A DNA stretch of 64,000 nucleotides from Candidatus Latescibacterota bacterium (lineage in GTDB: Bacteria; Latescibacterota; UBA2968; UBA8231): contig CBDCDC010000002.1 in NCBI GenBank assembly GCA_965215195.1, positions 3,104,001 to 3,168,000 on the forward strand, written 5' to 3'. Below, one piece after another: positions 1 through 11,394 of the stretch; position 1 is the stretch's first letter, and every line of letters starts with the position of its first letter. The position numbers and the translations under genes were made by a program. The notes under the pieces are model-generated. The model had not been told where the DNA came from and did not search any database. It saw only the letters and a list, made by a program, of their open reading frames with translations.

Positions 1-728
1 ACCCACACCCCGAGAAAAGGTACGCAGAGAATTTCCTGCACATGATGTTCAGCCAGCCGTACAACGAGTTTGAGCCGGACCCGGTGCTGGTTGACGCGCT
101 GGATTTGATCTTCCTCCTCCACGCCGACCACGAGCAGAATTGCAGCACCTCTACGGTGCGGATGGTCGGCAGCAGCGAAGCCAACCTCTTTGCCTCGGTG
201 GCAGCGGGCGTCTCCGCCCTGTGGGGGCCGCTGCACGGCGGGGCGAATGTGGCGGTGGTCGATATGCTAGAGAAAATCCGCGACGAAAACATCTCGGTCA
301 GCGACTACGTCGCTCAGGTCAAGGACAAGAAGGCCGGGATCCGCTTGATGGGGTTTGGGCATCGGGTGTACAAGAATTTTGATCCGCGCGCCAAGATCAT
401 CAAAAGGAGTTGCGAGAAAGTACTGGCCAAGCTCCACATCAACGACCCCTTGCTCGACACAGCTAAAGAGCTGGAAGCCGTGGCGCTGAGGGACGAGTAC
501 TTCATCCAGCGCAAGCTCTATCCCAACGTGGATTTCTACAGCGGCGTCATTCTCCGCGCCCTCGGGATTCCCAAGGAGATGTTCACCGTGATCTTCGCCA
601 TCGGCCGCATGCCGGGCTGGATCGCGCATTGGTACGAGGAGAGCAAGGCCACCAAAATCAGCCGGCCGCGCCAGATTTACACCGGCTCGGTTCAGCGCAC
701 CTATCGGCCCGTGGCCGAGCGGTCCTAA
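1..728 (+). CDS. gltA: Citrate synthase (5' end outside window)
   Basis: Motifs [38 protein letters not shown]. Confidence 0.97.
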   Translation, partial: PHPEKRYAENFLHMMFSQPYNEFEPDPVLVDALDLIFLLHADHEQNCSTSTVRMVGSSEANLFASVAAGVSALWGPLHGGANVAVVDMLEKIRDENISVSDYVAQVKDKKAGIRLMGFGHRVYKNFDPRAKIIKRSCEKVLAKLHINDPLLDTAKELEAVALRDEYFIQRKLYPNVDFYSGVILRALGIPKEMFTVIFAIGRMPGWIAHWYEESKATKISRPRQIYTGSVQRTYRPVAERS

Positions 729-757
729 CGCGGGCCGGCGATTAAGTTCTCATCTAA

Positions 758-860
758 CTGATGTTGCGCAGTTTTCCAGCAAATCCTCAACTTCGCCTCA
801 ATATCTTGGCGCAACAGGCTCCGATAATCCACAAGATATAGAGCGAATGCGCAACGTCAT
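758..860. mobile_element. Degenerate MITE-like element, same TIR family as 40256-40328
   Basis: Left CTGATGTTGCGCA (758-770); right TGCGCAACGTCAT (848-860); 2 mismatches; flanks TAA/TTA. Confidence 0.5.
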
Positions 861-892
861 TTATCTAAATAAAACTGAGAAAGGATTAGGGG

Positions 893-1183
893 ATGCAGCC
901 CAGAATCAGTATGCGCCACGGCAAAATTTCAGAAGAAACCAAAGCGCACATTGCCAGTTCTTGTACTAAGCTCGAAAACTACTTCGACCGCATCGTGGAT
1001 TGCGAAGTCGTTCTCGACAAGGAAAAGCACGACGACAAAGTGGAAATTATCGTCAAGGTCCCGCAGCGCACGTTTGCGGCCACCGGGGCGGCGAACAATC
1101 TTTACAAGGCTTTCGCCGAAGCCGAGTCCAAGATCGAAAGCCAGCTCAAAAAACACCACGACAAGCTGGTGTCCCACCACTAA
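893..1183 (+). CDS. hpf: Ribosome hibernation promoting factor (short HPF/RaiA family)
   Basis: 96 aa; pattern KLENYFDRIVDCEVVL...NLYKAFAEAESKIESQLKKHHDK. Confidence 0.88.
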   Translation: MQPRISMRHGKISEETKAHIASSCTKLENYFDRIVDCEVVLDKEKHDDKVEIIVKVPQRTFAATGAANNLYKAFAEAESKIESQLKKHHDKLVSHH

Positions 1184-1186
1184 AAA

Positions 1187-2335
1187 ATGATCGTTGGTAT
1201 CGCACGAGAGACCTTTGCTGGTGAGCATCGGGTTGCCTTGGTGCCGGAGGCTGTTTCCGGGTTGTCGGCCTGCAACGCGGACATCCTAATAGAGCCGGGC
1301 GCGGGTGCCGCCGCCGGCTATGCCGATGCGGCCTATGCCGACCGCGGCGCTCAGATCGCGGCCGACCGCGACGAGGTGTTCGCCCGCGCCGACGTGGTGC
1401 TACAGGTGCGTACGCTCGGGGCGAACCCGGAGGCCGGCCGCGCCGACTTGGCCCGCATCCGCTCCGGTCAAGTCCTCATTGGGGCCTCGGACCCGCTGAC
1501 CGCTGGCCCGCAGTTGGGTGCGCTAGCCGATGCCGGAGCGACCCTGTTCGCCATGGAATTGATTCCGCGCATTACCCGCGCCCAGAGCATGGATGTGCTC
1601 TCGTCTATGGCTACGATCGCCGGGTACAAAGCGGTGCTTTTGGCCGCAGCGGCCCTGCCGCGCATGTTTCCGCTCTTGATGACGGCCGCTGGCACGTTGA
1701 CTCCGGCCCGGGTGCTGGTCATCGGCGCGGGGGTCGCCGGCCTCCAGGCCATTGCCACGGCCCGTCGCTTGGGAGCGGTCATCCGGGCGTACGACGTGCG
1801 GCCGGCGGTCAAAGAACAGGTCGAGAGCCTCGGAGCCGAGTTCGTGGAGCTGGACATTGACGCCGGCGACTCCGAGGATGCGGGTGGGTACGCGCGGGCG
1901 CAGGACGAGGTGTTCTACCGCCGCCAGCGCGAGGAGTTGGCCAAGGTCGCCGGCCAGAGCGACGTGGTCATCGCCACGGCCGCCATACCAGGGCAACCAG
2001 CTCCTTTGTTGATTACGGCCGCGGCCGTGCAGAGCATGGGGCCGGGATCGGTCATCGTGGATTTGGCCGCCGAGCGCGGCGGCAACTGCGAATTGACGCG
2101 CCCTGGGGAGACGGTCGTAGAGGACGGAGTGCAGATCATGGGGCCGCTCAATTTACCGGCTACTGTGCCACACCACGCCAGCCAAATGTACTCGCACAAT
2201 ATCGCGACCTTCCTCCGGCACTTGGCGGGAGAAGGGGAGCTGCAATTCGACATGGAAGACGAAATCACGCGCGAGACCTTGGTGTTGCGCGATGGTGAGA
2301 TCGTCCATCCGCGCATTCGCAAAGGAACTACATAG
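1187..2335 (+). CDS. pntA: NAD(P) transhydrogenase alpha subunit part 1
   Basis: RITRAQSMDVLSSM, GAGVAGLQA, DLAAERGGNC. Confidence 0.96.
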   Translation: MIVGIARETFAGEHRVALVPEAVSGLSACNADILIEPGAGAAAGYADAAYADRGAQIAADRDEVFARADVVLQVRTLGANPEAGRADLARIRSGQVLIGASDPLTAGPQLGALADAGATLFAMELIPRITRAQSMDVLSSMATIAGYKAVLLAAAALPRMFPLLMTAAGTLTPARVLVIGAGVAGLQAIATARRLGAVIRAYDVRPAVKEQVESLGAEFVELDIDAGDSEDAGGYARAQDEVFYRRQREELAKVAGQSDVVIATAAIPGQPAPLLITAAAVQSMGPGSVIVDLAAERGGNCELTRPGETVVEDGVQIMGPLNLPATVPHHASQMYSHNIATFLRHLAGEGELQFDMEDEITRETLVLRDGEIVHPRIRKGTT

Positions 2336-2616
2336 TGGATGTCCTCGTAGCCGCGCTGACGGTGTTTGCCTTAGCCGTCTTCGTCGGCTTTGAAATCATC
2401 ACCAAGATCCCGCCGACCCTGCACACGCCCCTGATGTCCGGCTCCAACGCCATCTCTGGCATCACCCTGATCGGTGCGCTGCTCTCGGCCGGTTCCGAAC
2501 ACTCGTCCTTGGCGACCTATTTGGGGTTGGCGGCCGTCGTCTTTGCCACCATCAACGTGGTGGGTGGGTTCATGGTGACGCACCGCATGTTGGGGATGTT
2601 CAGGAGGCGGGACTAG
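2335..2616 (+). CDS. pntA: NAD(P) transhydrogenase alpha subunit part 2 (membrane)
   Basis: LHTPLMSGSNAISG, INVVGGF; coupled to neighbours. Confidence 0.95.
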   Translation: MDVLVAALTVFALAVFVGFEIITKIPPTLHTPLMSGSNAISGITLIGALLSAGSEHSSLATYLGLAAVVFATINVVGGFMVTHRMLGMFRRRD

Positions 2617-2619
2617 CGC

Positions 2620-3993
2620 ATGAGCGCGACCCTGATTAACTTCGCCTACTTGGTCGCCTCGGTGCTCTTCATCTTCGGCCTCAAGGGGCTGACGCACCCG
2701 CGCACGGCCGTCCGCGGCAATCTGCTGGGTGCCTTGGGGATGTTGTTGGCCGTCGTCGCCACCCTGCTGGACCAGCGGATTCTCTCCGGCGAATACATTT
2801 TGCTCGGCGTAGTAGTAGGTGCGCTGGTTGGCACGATCCTCGCGGTAAAAATCCCCCTAACCTCCATGCCTGAGTTGGTGGCGGTTTTTAATGGCTTGGG
2901 CGGCGGTGCTTCCGCGCTGGTGGCCGGCGCGGCACTGGTTGAGGCGCAGGCCCCTTCCTACCAATTCACGGCCGCGACGGCCGCCTCTGGGATCATCGGC
3001 GCGGTGACCTTCTGGGGCAGTATCGTGGCCTTCCTCAAACTGATGGAAGTGCTCAAGGGCTTGATCCGGTTTTCCGGCCAGCAGTTTTGCAATGGAGTGC
3101 TGGCCCTCGGTAGCGCCGGCTTGGCTGCTTGGCTGGTGCTGGGCGAGCCGGACGCCTTCTGGGCCATGGTCTGCGCGGCCTCGCTGTTGGGCGTGTTGCT
3201 CGTAGTGCCCATCGGCGGGGCCGATATGCCGGTGGTGATTGCCTTGCTCAATTCGTGCTCGGGTCTGGCCGCGGCCGCCACCGGCTTTGTGCTCGACAAC
3301 AACGTGCTGATTATCGCGGGGTCGCTGGTGGGGGCCTCGGGGCTAATTTTGACGCAAATCATGTGCCGGGCCATGAACCGCTCGCTGGGCAATGTGTTCT
3401 TTGGCGGCGTCGGTGCCGAGGTCGCCAGCGGAACCAGCGACGACGAGGTCTATGCCGGCAAGATCAAGTCAACCTCGGCCGAGGAAATCGCGCTGCTGTT
3501 TGACACGGCCCGGCGCGTGGTGGTGGTCCCCGGCTACGGCATGGCCGTGGGTCAAGCGCAACACGCCGTGCGGGACTTGGCCAATTTGCTCGAAGAGCGC
3601 GGCGTTGAGGTCGCGTACGCGATTCATCCGGTGGCGGGTAGGATGCCGGGCCACATGAACGTGCTCTTGGCCGAGGCCGAAGTGCCCTACGACAAGCTGG
3701 TGGAGATGGATCGGATCAATCCGACCTTCCAGCAGACCGATGTGGCGTTGATCATCGGCGCCAACGATGTGGTCAACCCCCTCGCCCGCGACGCGGATTC
3801 CGGGCCGATTGCCGGGATGCCCATCCTCGACGTGGATAATGCGCGCACGGTGGTGGTGATTAAGCGGAGCCTGAGCCCGGGATTTGCCGGGCTGCCCAAT
3901 CCGCTTTTTGCCGCGGAAAATGCGCTGATGTTTTTCGGCAATGCCCGGGAAGCCGTGTTGGATTTGGTGGCCGCGGTAAAGGAGAGCGGATAG
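2620..3993 (+). CDS. pntB: NAD(P) transhydrogenase beta subunit
   Basis: IGGADMPVVI, PGYGMAV, HPVAGRMPGHMNVLLAEA. Confidence 0.97.
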   Translation: MSATLINFAYLVASVLFIFGLKGLTHPRTAVRGNLLGALGMLLAVVATLLDQRILSGEYILLGVVVGALVGTILAVKIPLTSMPELVAVFNGLGGGASALVAGAALVEAQAPSYQFTAATAASGIIGAVTFWGSIVAFLKLMEVLKGLIRFSGQQFCNGVLALGSAGLAAWLVLGEPDAFWAMVCAASLLGVLLVVPIGGADMPVVIALLNSCSGLAAAATGFVLDNNVLIIAGSLVGASGLILTQIMCRAMNRSLGNVFFGGVGAEVASGTSDDEVYAGKIKSTSAEEIALLFDTARRVVVVPGYGMAVGQAQHAVRDLANLLEERGVEVAYAIHPVAGRMPGHMNVLLAEAEVPYDKLVEMDRINPTFQQTDVALIIGANDVVNPLARDADSGPIAGMPILDVDNARTVVVIKRSLSPGFAGLPNPLFAAENALMFFGNAREAVLDLVAAVKESG

Positions 3994-4009
3994 GGCCGTT
4001 TTCCCGCGC

Positions 4010-4585
4010 TCACTCGACGAAAATAGCGTCGTCGGGCCAAGATTCCACGATGAAACCCGCCTTTGTATTTACCATGGGCAAATAGTTGTGCAGCCGCCTG
4101 ATGGGGTCCAACAGGCGGATGGTTTGCATCTCTTGGATAGAGTCCTCGCCGTGGTTTTTTTGCAGCGAGGGGATGATCTTGCCCTGAACACTTTCGGCCA
4201 CATCGCTGTCGGACTCGCCTTCGACGACCATCACCAAAGCGATGTGGCCATCTACTTCGGCGATATAGCTGTCGCGGATTAGCTCGCTGAAGACGTTGGC
4301 GACATTGGGTTCGGAGCGGATTTCCTGCACGATCTGGCTGCGGGTGATGCCCAATTTGAACTTGATGGTGAGCATGTGCTGGGTCGAGAAGCGGCCCGTG
4401 CCCGCGGCCTGCATATCGACCGCCGCGTAGTAGAAGAGGATGTCTTCCTGTTCGAGGCGGGCGCGCTTGCGGCTGACGGTGCGCACTGGTACGCCGGTCA
4501 AGGTGCTGATGCGATTGTCCGAGCAGCGGGGGTTGCGGATGAGGGTGCGGACGATCTGCCGCTCTTGTTCGTCAAAACATCTCAT
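4010..4585 (-). CDS. Lrp/AsnC-like transcriptional regulator, divergent from gltBD
   Basis: N-terminal HTH (IVRTLIRNPRCSDNRISTLTGVPVRTVSRKRARLE). Confidence 0.75.
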   Translation of the reverse strand: MRCFDEQERQIVRTLIRNPRCSDNRISTLTGVPVRTVSRKRARLEQEDILFYYAAVDMQAAGTGRFSTQHMLTIKFKLGITRSQIVQEIRSEPNVANVFSELIRDSYIAEVDGHIALVMVVEGESDSDVAESVQGKIIPSLQKNHGEDSIQEMQTIRLLDPIRRLHNYLPMVNTKAGFIVESWPDDAIFVE

Positions 4586-4692
4586 GGCCTGAATTGTCCG
4601 TTTTTAAGCAAAAGTTAGCGCAATTTAGGCCATATACGATAGTGCTGTCAAGAGATGTTTCAAGAAAGTTGTGGAAACTGGCGTAAGGGTGT

Positions 4693-4720
4693 TTGACAAC
4701 GTAGGCGCAATTCATATATT
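4693..4720 (+). promoter_or_regulatory. Sigma70-like promoter for gltBD
   Basis: TTGACA (4693-4698), 16 nt, TATATT (4715-4720). Confidence 0.55.
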
Positions 4721-4933
4721 AAACCCTCTTACACAATTTGGAAGAACAGACCGAGACGGCGGTCCTGTCCATTAGCTTGTGCGCGTATTTTCTACTGCCG
4801 GTGCGCGGCGTTTCTTCAGTAAACGATGCCAACTTTCGAGTGCGAGCAGGGGTCGTCCCTTGGGTCGGCGCGACCTAGGTGTCTCTTCTGCTTGGCTGTT
4901 ACCTCGACGGGACCTTGAGCAAGGAAAATTAAA

Positions 4934-7900
4934 ATGACCCACGGATACCCGCACAAGCAGGGTCTTTACGACCCAGCCCGCGAAAGCGACGCCTGCGGAA
5001 TCGGCTTTGTCGTCAACATCAAGGGCCACAAGTCGCACAAATTGGTGCGCCAATCCTTGGAGGTCTTGGAGCATCTCAAGCACCGCGGTGCCTGCGGTTG
5101 CGAGCCCAACACGGGCGATGGTTCCGGCATGTTGGTGCAGTTGCCCCACAAGTTCTTTAGTGCTGTCTGCGACTTTGCGTTGCCCTCATTAGGCGAGTAC
5201 GGAGTGGGCATGTTGTTTTTGCCGCCCGATCCCGTCCAGCGCCAAGTCTGCGAGGAGCGCTTCGCCCGCATCGTCGAGGAAGAGGGCCAGCGCCTCCTCG
5301 GCTGGCGGGACGTGCCCACCCACAACGCCGCTTTGGGCCGCACCGCTAGGCTGCGCGAGCCGGTTCAGCGCCAGGTCTTTATCGGCCGCGGCGAAGTGCA
5401 AGGCGACGACGCGCTGGCCTTTGAGCGCAAGCTCTACGTCATCCGCAAGCGCGCTGAAAACGCGATTCGCTACAGCGGCAAAGTCGCCGCGGGCGACTTT
5501 TTCTATCCGGCCAGCCTCTCTTCCCGCACCATCGTCTATAAGGGCATGCTGATCTCCGACCAAGTCGCGGGCTATTTCCCCGACTTGAGCGACGAGCGCT
5601 TTGAAGCGGCCATCGCATTGGTGCATTCGCGCTTTAGCACCAACACCTTCCCGAGCTGGGAGCGGGCGCATCCCTATCGCTATATCATCCACAACGGCGA
5701 GATAAACACCGTGCGCGGCAACGGCAACTGGATGCGCGCACGCGAGGGGATGCTGGCTTCCGCATACTTCGGCGATGACATCGACAAGCTCTTTCCCATC
5801 ATCCACGAAGACGGCTCTGATTCGGCCAAGTTCGACAATGCGCTCGAACTGCTGACCTTGGGGGGACGCTCGTTGGCGCACGCGGTGATGATGATGATTC
5901 CCGAGCCGTGGGAAAACCACGAAACCATGAGTGCCGAGAAGCGGGCCTTTTACGAGTACCATAGTTGCCTGATGGAGCCGTGGGACGGGCCGGCCTCGGT
6001 GGCCTTTACCGACGGCACGGTCGTCGGCGGCATGCTGGACCGCAACGGCTTTAGGCCCTCGCGCTACTACATTGCCAAAGACGATACCCTAGTGCTCTCC
6101 TCGGAAACGGGTGTGCTGACTATTCGGCCGGAAGACGTCGTCTGCAAAGGCCGGCTGCAACCGGGCCGCATGCTCTTGATCGATACGGAGGAGGGGCGGA
6201 TCATCAGCGACGAGGAGATCAAGCACCAGATCGCCACTGAGCATCCCTATCAGGCGTGGCTCGACGCCAATCTAGTCGCGCTCGAAGACCTGCCCGAGGC
6301 CAAGGGCGCACCCCTGCTAGCAAGCCACGAGGAAGTGCTCCACTGGCAGCAGGCCTTTGGCTATACGTTTGAGGACCTGCGCGTCTTCCTCAAGCCGATG
6401 GTCCAGGTGCTCAAGGATCCAGTCGGCTCCATGGGCAACGACGCAGCACTGGCGGCGCTCTCGGAGCGACCGCAGCTCCTCTACAACTACTTCAAGCAGC
6501 ACTTCGCCCAAGTTACCAATCCCCCGCTCGACCCGCTGCGCGAGGAATTGATTACCTCGGCCGAGACCAAGATCGGCCCCGAGCGCAACTTGCTGGAACC
6601 CGAGCCGGCGAGCTGCCGCCAGATCACCTTGCAGCGGCCGATTCTCAAAAACGACGAGTTGGAAAAGCTGCGGCAGGTCGATCGCTTTGGCCACAAGGCG
6701 GAGACGATCCCGATCTTGTTCAAGCGCCAAGACGGCGCGACCGGCCTCGCCAAGGCCATGGACGCGCTGTGCGCCAAAGTCGATGCGGCCATCGCCCGGG
6801 GGTGCAACCTGATCATCCTCTCGGACCGGGGGGTAGATGCCGACACCGTGCCGATCCCGGCGCTGTTGGCCGTGTCCGGGGTGCATCACCACTTGGTGCG
6901 GCTGGAGACTCGCACTCGCGTCGGCTTGGCGCTCGAGTCGGGCGAGCCGCGCGAGGTGCATCACTTCTGCCTGCTCTTGGGCTACGGCGCTCAGGCGATC
7001 AACCCCTACATGGCCTTTGAGAGCCTCAACGACATGATCCGCGAAAACATGCTCGAAGGCCATACTTATGCGGAGGCCGAGGAGCGCTACCTGTACGCGG
7101 CGATCAAGGGCACGGTCAAGGTGATGGCCAAAATGGGCATCTCCACGATCAAATCGTATCGGGGCGCACAGATTTTCGAGACTGTGGGGCTAAACCAAGA
7201 AGTGGTCGATCAGTACTTCACGTGGACCACGACCCAAGTCGAGGGCATGGGCATTGAGGACATTGCCCGCGAGGCCCTAGTGCGCCACGCGGCGGCCTTC
7301 CCCCCGATTCCGACCAACGGCCGCACCCTCGACGTGGGCGGGCACTACCAATGGCGCAAGGGCGGCGAGCACCACCTCTTTACCCCCAAGACGATTCACT
7401 TGTTGCAGCGGGCGTCGCGCACCAACGACTACGCGGTGTACGAGCAGTACGCCGAGCTAATCAACGACCAGTCCGAGCGCTTGGCGACTTTGCGGAGCCT
7501 GTTGGAGTTCAAGGGCGGTGCCGAGCCGGTGCCCATTGAAGAGGTCGAGCCGGTCGAGGCAATCACCCGGCGCTTCAAGAGCGGGGCGATGTCCTACGGC
7601 TCGATCAGCAAGGAGGCGCACGAAGGCTTGGCCATTGCCATGAACCGCCTCGGCGGCAAGAGCAATACTGGCGAGGGCGGCGAAGACCCGGCCCGCTATG
7701 TGATTGAGCCCAACGGCGACTCCAAAAACAGCGCCATTAAGCAGGTGGCCTCCGGGCGCTTCGGCGTGACGAGCCACTATCTGACCCAAGCCAAAGAACT
7801 GCAAATCAAGATGGCTCAGGGTGCCAAGCCGGGCGAGGGCGGCGAGCTGCCCGGCCCCAAGGTCTATCCCTGGATTGCCAAGGTGCGCCACTCGACCCCG

Positions 7901-9514
7901 GGCGTAGAGCTGATCTCGCCGCCGCCGCACCACGACATTTACTCAATTGAGGACTTGGCGCAGCTAATCCACGACCTCAAAAATTCAAACGTCAATGCGC
8001 GGATCAACGTCAAGCTGGTCTCCGAGTTCGGGGTCGGCACCGTGGCCGCGGGGGTGGCCAAGGGCCACGCGGATGTGGTGCTGATTTCGGGGCACGACGG
8101 CGGCACTGGAGCCTCGCCGCAGACCTCGATCAAGCACGCCGGCCTGCCTTGGGAACTGGGGCTGGCCGAGACGCACCAGACGCTGGTGCTCAACGACCTG
8201 CGCAGCCGCATCGTGGTGGAGACCGACGGCCAGCTCAAGACCGGGCGCGACGTGGTCATCGCCGCCTTGTTGGGTGCTGAGGAATTCGGCTTTGCCACCA
8301 CGGCGCTGGTTGCGATGGGCTGCATTATGATGCGGGTCTGCCACCTCGACACCTGTCCGGTGGGCGTGGCGACCCAAAACCCGGAGCTGCGCGCCAAATT
8401 CACGGGTACTCCCGATCACGTGGTCAACTTCTTGCGCTTCGTCGCCGAGGACATGCGCAAGATCATGGCCGCGCTCGGCTTCCGCACGGTCAATGAAATG
8501 ATTGGCCGCACCGACCGGCTCGAGCCCAAGAAAGCCATTGCGCTGTGGAAGGCGGCCGGCATTGACCTGACGCCGATCTTGCATCAGCCCGAGGTCGGCC
8601 CCCACATCGGCCGCTACTGCCAAATCCCGCAGGATCACGGGCTGGACGAGGCCCTCGACAATACCACCTTGCTAAAGCTGTGCAAGCCGGCCCTTGAAAG
8701 CGGCGAGCCGGTTGAGGCGGTATTGCCGATCGAGAATACCCACCGAGTCGTAGGCACGATCCTCGGCAGCGAGGTGACTAGGCACTACGGCCCGGAGGGC
8801 CTGCCCGAGGACTCGATTCGCCTCAAGTTCAAAGGCGTCGCCGGCCAGAGCTTTGCCGCCTTCACCCCTAGGGGGCTGACCATGGAAGTTGAAGGCGATG
8901 CCAACGACTACTTCGGCAAGGGGCTTTCCGGTGCCAAGCTGGTGCTCTATCCGCCCAAAGGCTCTACCTTCGCGCCGTGGGAGAACATCATTTGCGGCAA
9001 TGTCGCCTTCTATGGTGCCACCGCGGGCGAGGCCTATATCCACGGCATTGCCGGCGAGCGCTTCTGCGTGCGCAACAGCGGCGTCCGCGCCGTAGTAGAG
9101 GGCGTTGGCGACCACGGTTGCGAGTACATGACGGGCGGGCGGGTCGTGGTGCTGGGCCGCACCGGGCGCAATTTCGGGGCTGGGATGTCGGGCGGCATTG
9201 CCTACGTGCTCGACGAAGAGGGCGACTTTGCGATCCGCTTCAACGACGAGATGGCCGATATGGGGCTGGTAGAAGACGCTGAGGACATCGCCGAGCTGCG
9301 GGCCATGGTTGAGCGCCACGTGCAGCACACCAACAGCGCACTTGGCCGGCGGGTCTTGGACCAATGGGACGCGGTGCTGCCCCGATTCGTCAAGGTCATG
9401 CCGCGCGACTACCGCAAGATGCTCAACGCCTTCAAGCGCGTCGCGGAACGCGGCCTGACCGGCGACGAGGCCGCGCTAGTCGCCTTCCGCGAGGCCATGG
9501 CTGAAGCGTCTTGA
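4934..9514 (+). CDS. gltB: Glutamate synthase large subunit
   Basis: DACGIGF N-terminus, [30 protein letters not shown]. Confidence 0.98.
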   Translation: MTHGYPHKQGLYDPARESDACGIGFVVNIKGHKSHKLVRQSLEVLEHLKHRGACGCEPNTGDGSGMLVQLPHKFFSAVCDFALPSLGEYGVGMLFLPPDPVQRQVCEERFARIVEEEGQRLLGWRDVPTHNAALGRTARLREPVQRQVFIGRGEVQGDDALAFERKLYVIRKRAENAIRYSGKVAAGDFFYPASLSSRTIVYKGMLISDQVAGYFPDLSDERFEAAIALVHSRFSTNTFPSWERAHPYRYIIHNGEINTVRGNGNWMRAREGMLASAYFGDDIDKLFPIIHEDGSDSAKFDNALELLTLGGRSLAHAVMMMIPEPWENHETMSAEKRAFYEYHSCLMEPWDGPASVAFTDGTVVGGMLDRNGFRPSRYYIAKDDTLVLSSETGVLTIRPEDVVCKGRLQPGRMLLIDTEEGRIISDEEIKHQIATEHPYQAWLDANLVALEDLPEAKGAPLLASHEEVLHWQQAFGYTFEDLRVFLKPMVQVLKDPVGSMGNDAALAALSERPQLLYNYFKQHFAQVTNPPLDPLREELITSAETKIGPERNLLEPEPASCRQITLQRPILKNDELEKLRQVDRFGHKAETIPILFKRQDGATGLAKAMDALCAKVDAAIARGCNLIILSDRGVDADTVPIPALLAVSGVHHHLVRLETRTRVGLALESGEPREVHHFCLLLGYGAQAINPYMAFESLNDMIRENMLEGHTYAEAEERYLYAAIKGTVKVMAKMGISTIKSYRGAQIFETVGLNQEVVDQYFTWTTTQVEGMGIEDIAREALVRHAAAFPPIPTNGRTLDVGGHYQWRKGGEHHLFTPKTIHLLQRASRTNDYAVYEQYAELINDQSERLATLRSLLEFKGGAEPVPIEEVEPVEAITRRFKSGAMSYGSISKEAHEGLAIAMNRLGGKSNTGEGGEDPARYVIEPNGDSKNSAIKQVASGRFGVTSHYLTQAKELQIKMAQGAKPGEGGELPGPKVYPWIAKVRHSTPGVELISPPPHHDIYSIEDLAQLIHDLKNSNVNARINVKLVSEFGVGTVAAGVAKGHADVVLISGHDGGTGASPQTSIKHAGLPWELGLAETHQTLVLNDLRSRIVVETDGQLKTGRDVVIAALLGAEEFGFATTALVAMGCIMMRVCHLDTCPVGVATQNPELRAKFTGTPDHVVNFLRFVAEDMRKIMAALGFRTVNEMIGRTDRLEPKKAIALWKAAGIDLTPILHQPEVGPHIGRYCQIPQDHGLDEALDNTTLLKLCKPALESGEPVEAVLPIENTHRVVGTILGSEVTRHYGPEGLPEDSIRLKFKGVAGQSFAAFTPRGLTMEVEGDANDYFGKGLSGAKLVLYPPKGSTFAPWENIICGNVAFYGATAGEAYIHGIAGERFCVRNSGVRAVVEGVGDHGCEYMTGGRVVVLGRTGRNFGAGMSGGIAYVLDEEGDFAIRFNDEMADMGLVEDAEDIAELRAMVERHVQHTNSALGRRVLDQWDAVLPRFVKVMPRDYRKMLNAFKRVAERGLTGDEAALVAFREAMAEAS

Positions 9515-9529
9515 ACAGGAAAGAAATCA

Positions 9530-11023
9530 ATGGGTAAACTCACCGGGTTCATCGAATTTGCACGCGAGTTGCCAAAAGACCGCGACCCGTTAGAGCGCGT
9601 CGCGGATTGGGACGAGTTCCACGAGCACTTCCCGGACGAGCGCCTGCGCGATCAGGGTGCGCGCTGCATGGACTGCGGCATCCCCTTCTGCCACTTGGGC
9701 GACATCGTCAGTCAGGGCGACAAAGGTTCTGGCTGTCCGATCAACAACCTAATCCCCGAATGGAATGACTTGGTCTATCGCGGGTTGTGGCGGGAGGCGC
9801 TGGAGCGGCTGCACAAGACCAACAACTTCCCGGAGTTTACCGGCCGGGTCTGCCCGGCGCCCTGCGAGGGGGCCTGCGTAGTGGGGATCAACGCTCCGCC
9901 GGTGACGATCAAGAGCGTCGAGTGCGCCATTGTCGATAAGGGTTTTGCGATGGGCTGGATTGTGCCCGAGCCGCCCGACAAGCGCACCGGCAAGAAGGTC
10001 GCCATTGTCGGCTCAGGCCCGGCGGGCTTGGCCTGCGCTGCCCAGCTCAATCGCGCCGGCCACTGGGTGACCGTGTACGAGCGGGCCGATCGCATCGGCG
10101 GCCTGCTGATGTACGGGATACCCAACATGAAGCTCGATAAGAAAAAGGTGGTGCAGCGCCGCGTCGATCTGATGGAGGCCGAGGGCGTCAAGTTCGTCAC
10201 CCGCACCGAGATCGGCGGGGATCTTCCGGCGACCCAGCTAGTGGAAGAAAACGACTCGGTGGTGCTCTGCGGCGGGGCCACCAAGCCCAACGATCTGCCG
10301 ATTGAGGGGCGGGACCTGCAGGGCATCTACTTTGCGATGGACTTTTTGCACGCCAACACCAAGAGCCTGCTCGACTCCAATCACGCGGATGGCAGCTACA
10401 TCTCGGCCAAGGACAAGCACGTGATCGTCATCGGCGGCGGCGACACCGGCACCGATTGCGTCGGCACGTCGATGCGCCACGGATGCAAGACCCTCTCGCA
10501 GTTCGAGATCATGCCGCGGCCACCGGACGAGCGCGCACCCAACAACCCCTGGCCGCAGTGGCCCAACGTCTATAAGCTCGACTACGGTCAGGAGGAGGCC
10601 AAAGCCCGTTTCGGCGACGACCCGCGCACGTACCTGATTATGACTCAGCGGTTCGTCGGTGACGACGCGGGCCGCGTCAAGGCACTACACACGGTCAATA
10701 TCGAGTGGGATAAGGATGAGAACGGCCGCTTCACGCCGGTGCCGATTGAGGGTACCGAGAAGGTCTGGCCGGCCGATTTGGTGCTGTTGGCGATGGGTTT
10801 CCGCGGGCCAGAGGACGCGATGCTCGAACAGCTAGGCGTCGAGCGCGATGAGCGCTCCAACGCCCGTGCTGCACACGAAGAATACGCCACCAGCGTCGAG
10901 GGCGTTTTTGCGGCTGGCGACATGCGGCGCGGCCAGAGCTTGGTCGTGTGGGCCATCAACGAGGGCCGGGGTGCCGCCCGCGAGGTGGACCGCTATCTGA
11001 TGGGCAGCACACAGCTACCTTGA
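9530..11023 (+). CDS. gltD: Glutamate synthase small subunit
   Basis: [43 protein letters not shown]. Confidence 0.97.
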   Translation: MGKLTGFIEFARELPKDRDPLERVADWDEFHEHFPDERLRDQGARCMDCGIPFCHLGDIVSQGDKGSGCPINNLIPEWNDLVYRGLWREALERLHKTNNFPEFTGRVCPAPCEGACVVGINAPPVTIKSVECAIVDKGFAMGWIVPEPPDKRTGKKVAIVGSGPAGLACAAQLNRAGHWVTVYERADRIGGLLMYGIPNMKLDKKKVVQRRVDLMEAEGVKFVTRTEIGGDLPATQLVEENDSVVLCGGATKPNDLPIEGRDLQGIYFAMDFLHANTKSLLDSNHADGSYISAKDKHVIVIGGGDTGTDCVGTSMRHGCKTLSQFEIMPRPPDERAPNNPWPQWPNVYKLDYGQEEAKARFGDDPRTYLIMTQRFVGDDAGRVKALHTVNIEWDKDENGRFTPVPIEGTEKVWPADLVLLAMGFRGPEDAMLEQLGVERDERSNARAAHEEYATSVEGVFAAGDMRRGQSLVVWAINEGRGAAREVDRYLMGSTQLP

Positions 11024-11084
11024 GCGGCGACAGGTCGCACGAGGACAAGGCCCCTATGACGACAACGGAGCGAATTGTTCATCA

Positions 11085-11378
11085 CCTACACTTGTTCTGC
11101 GTGCTTTGCTTGGAACGCATAGCGATTGGCTTATTTGTATGATCTCGTCCCAACTACACCACGAAGTTGCGCATATCGACGAAGTAATCCGCGATTCGGA
11201 CCCTGATTTTACTCAAACGGGCCTTAAAACCACGAATCTCATTCGCGTTACTCGAATTGCCGTAGTTTCAGCGGATTTATTCAAGGGAAGTATCGGCAAA
11301 GTAGATAACAGGCGTCTTGAGCGAATGCAAAATCGTTTAGCCGGTTGGTTGCGAGCCTCTCAGCAGAATCTCCCCTAG
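11085..11378 (+). pseudogene. N-terminally truncated PemK/MazF-family toxin
   Basis: PTLVLRALLG..DWLICMISSQ..DPDFTQTGLKTTNLIRVTRIAVV..GSIGKV..RL; N-terminal strand and antitoxin absent. Confidence 0.6.
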
Positions 11379-11394
11379 ATTCGGAGGTGGCGAC

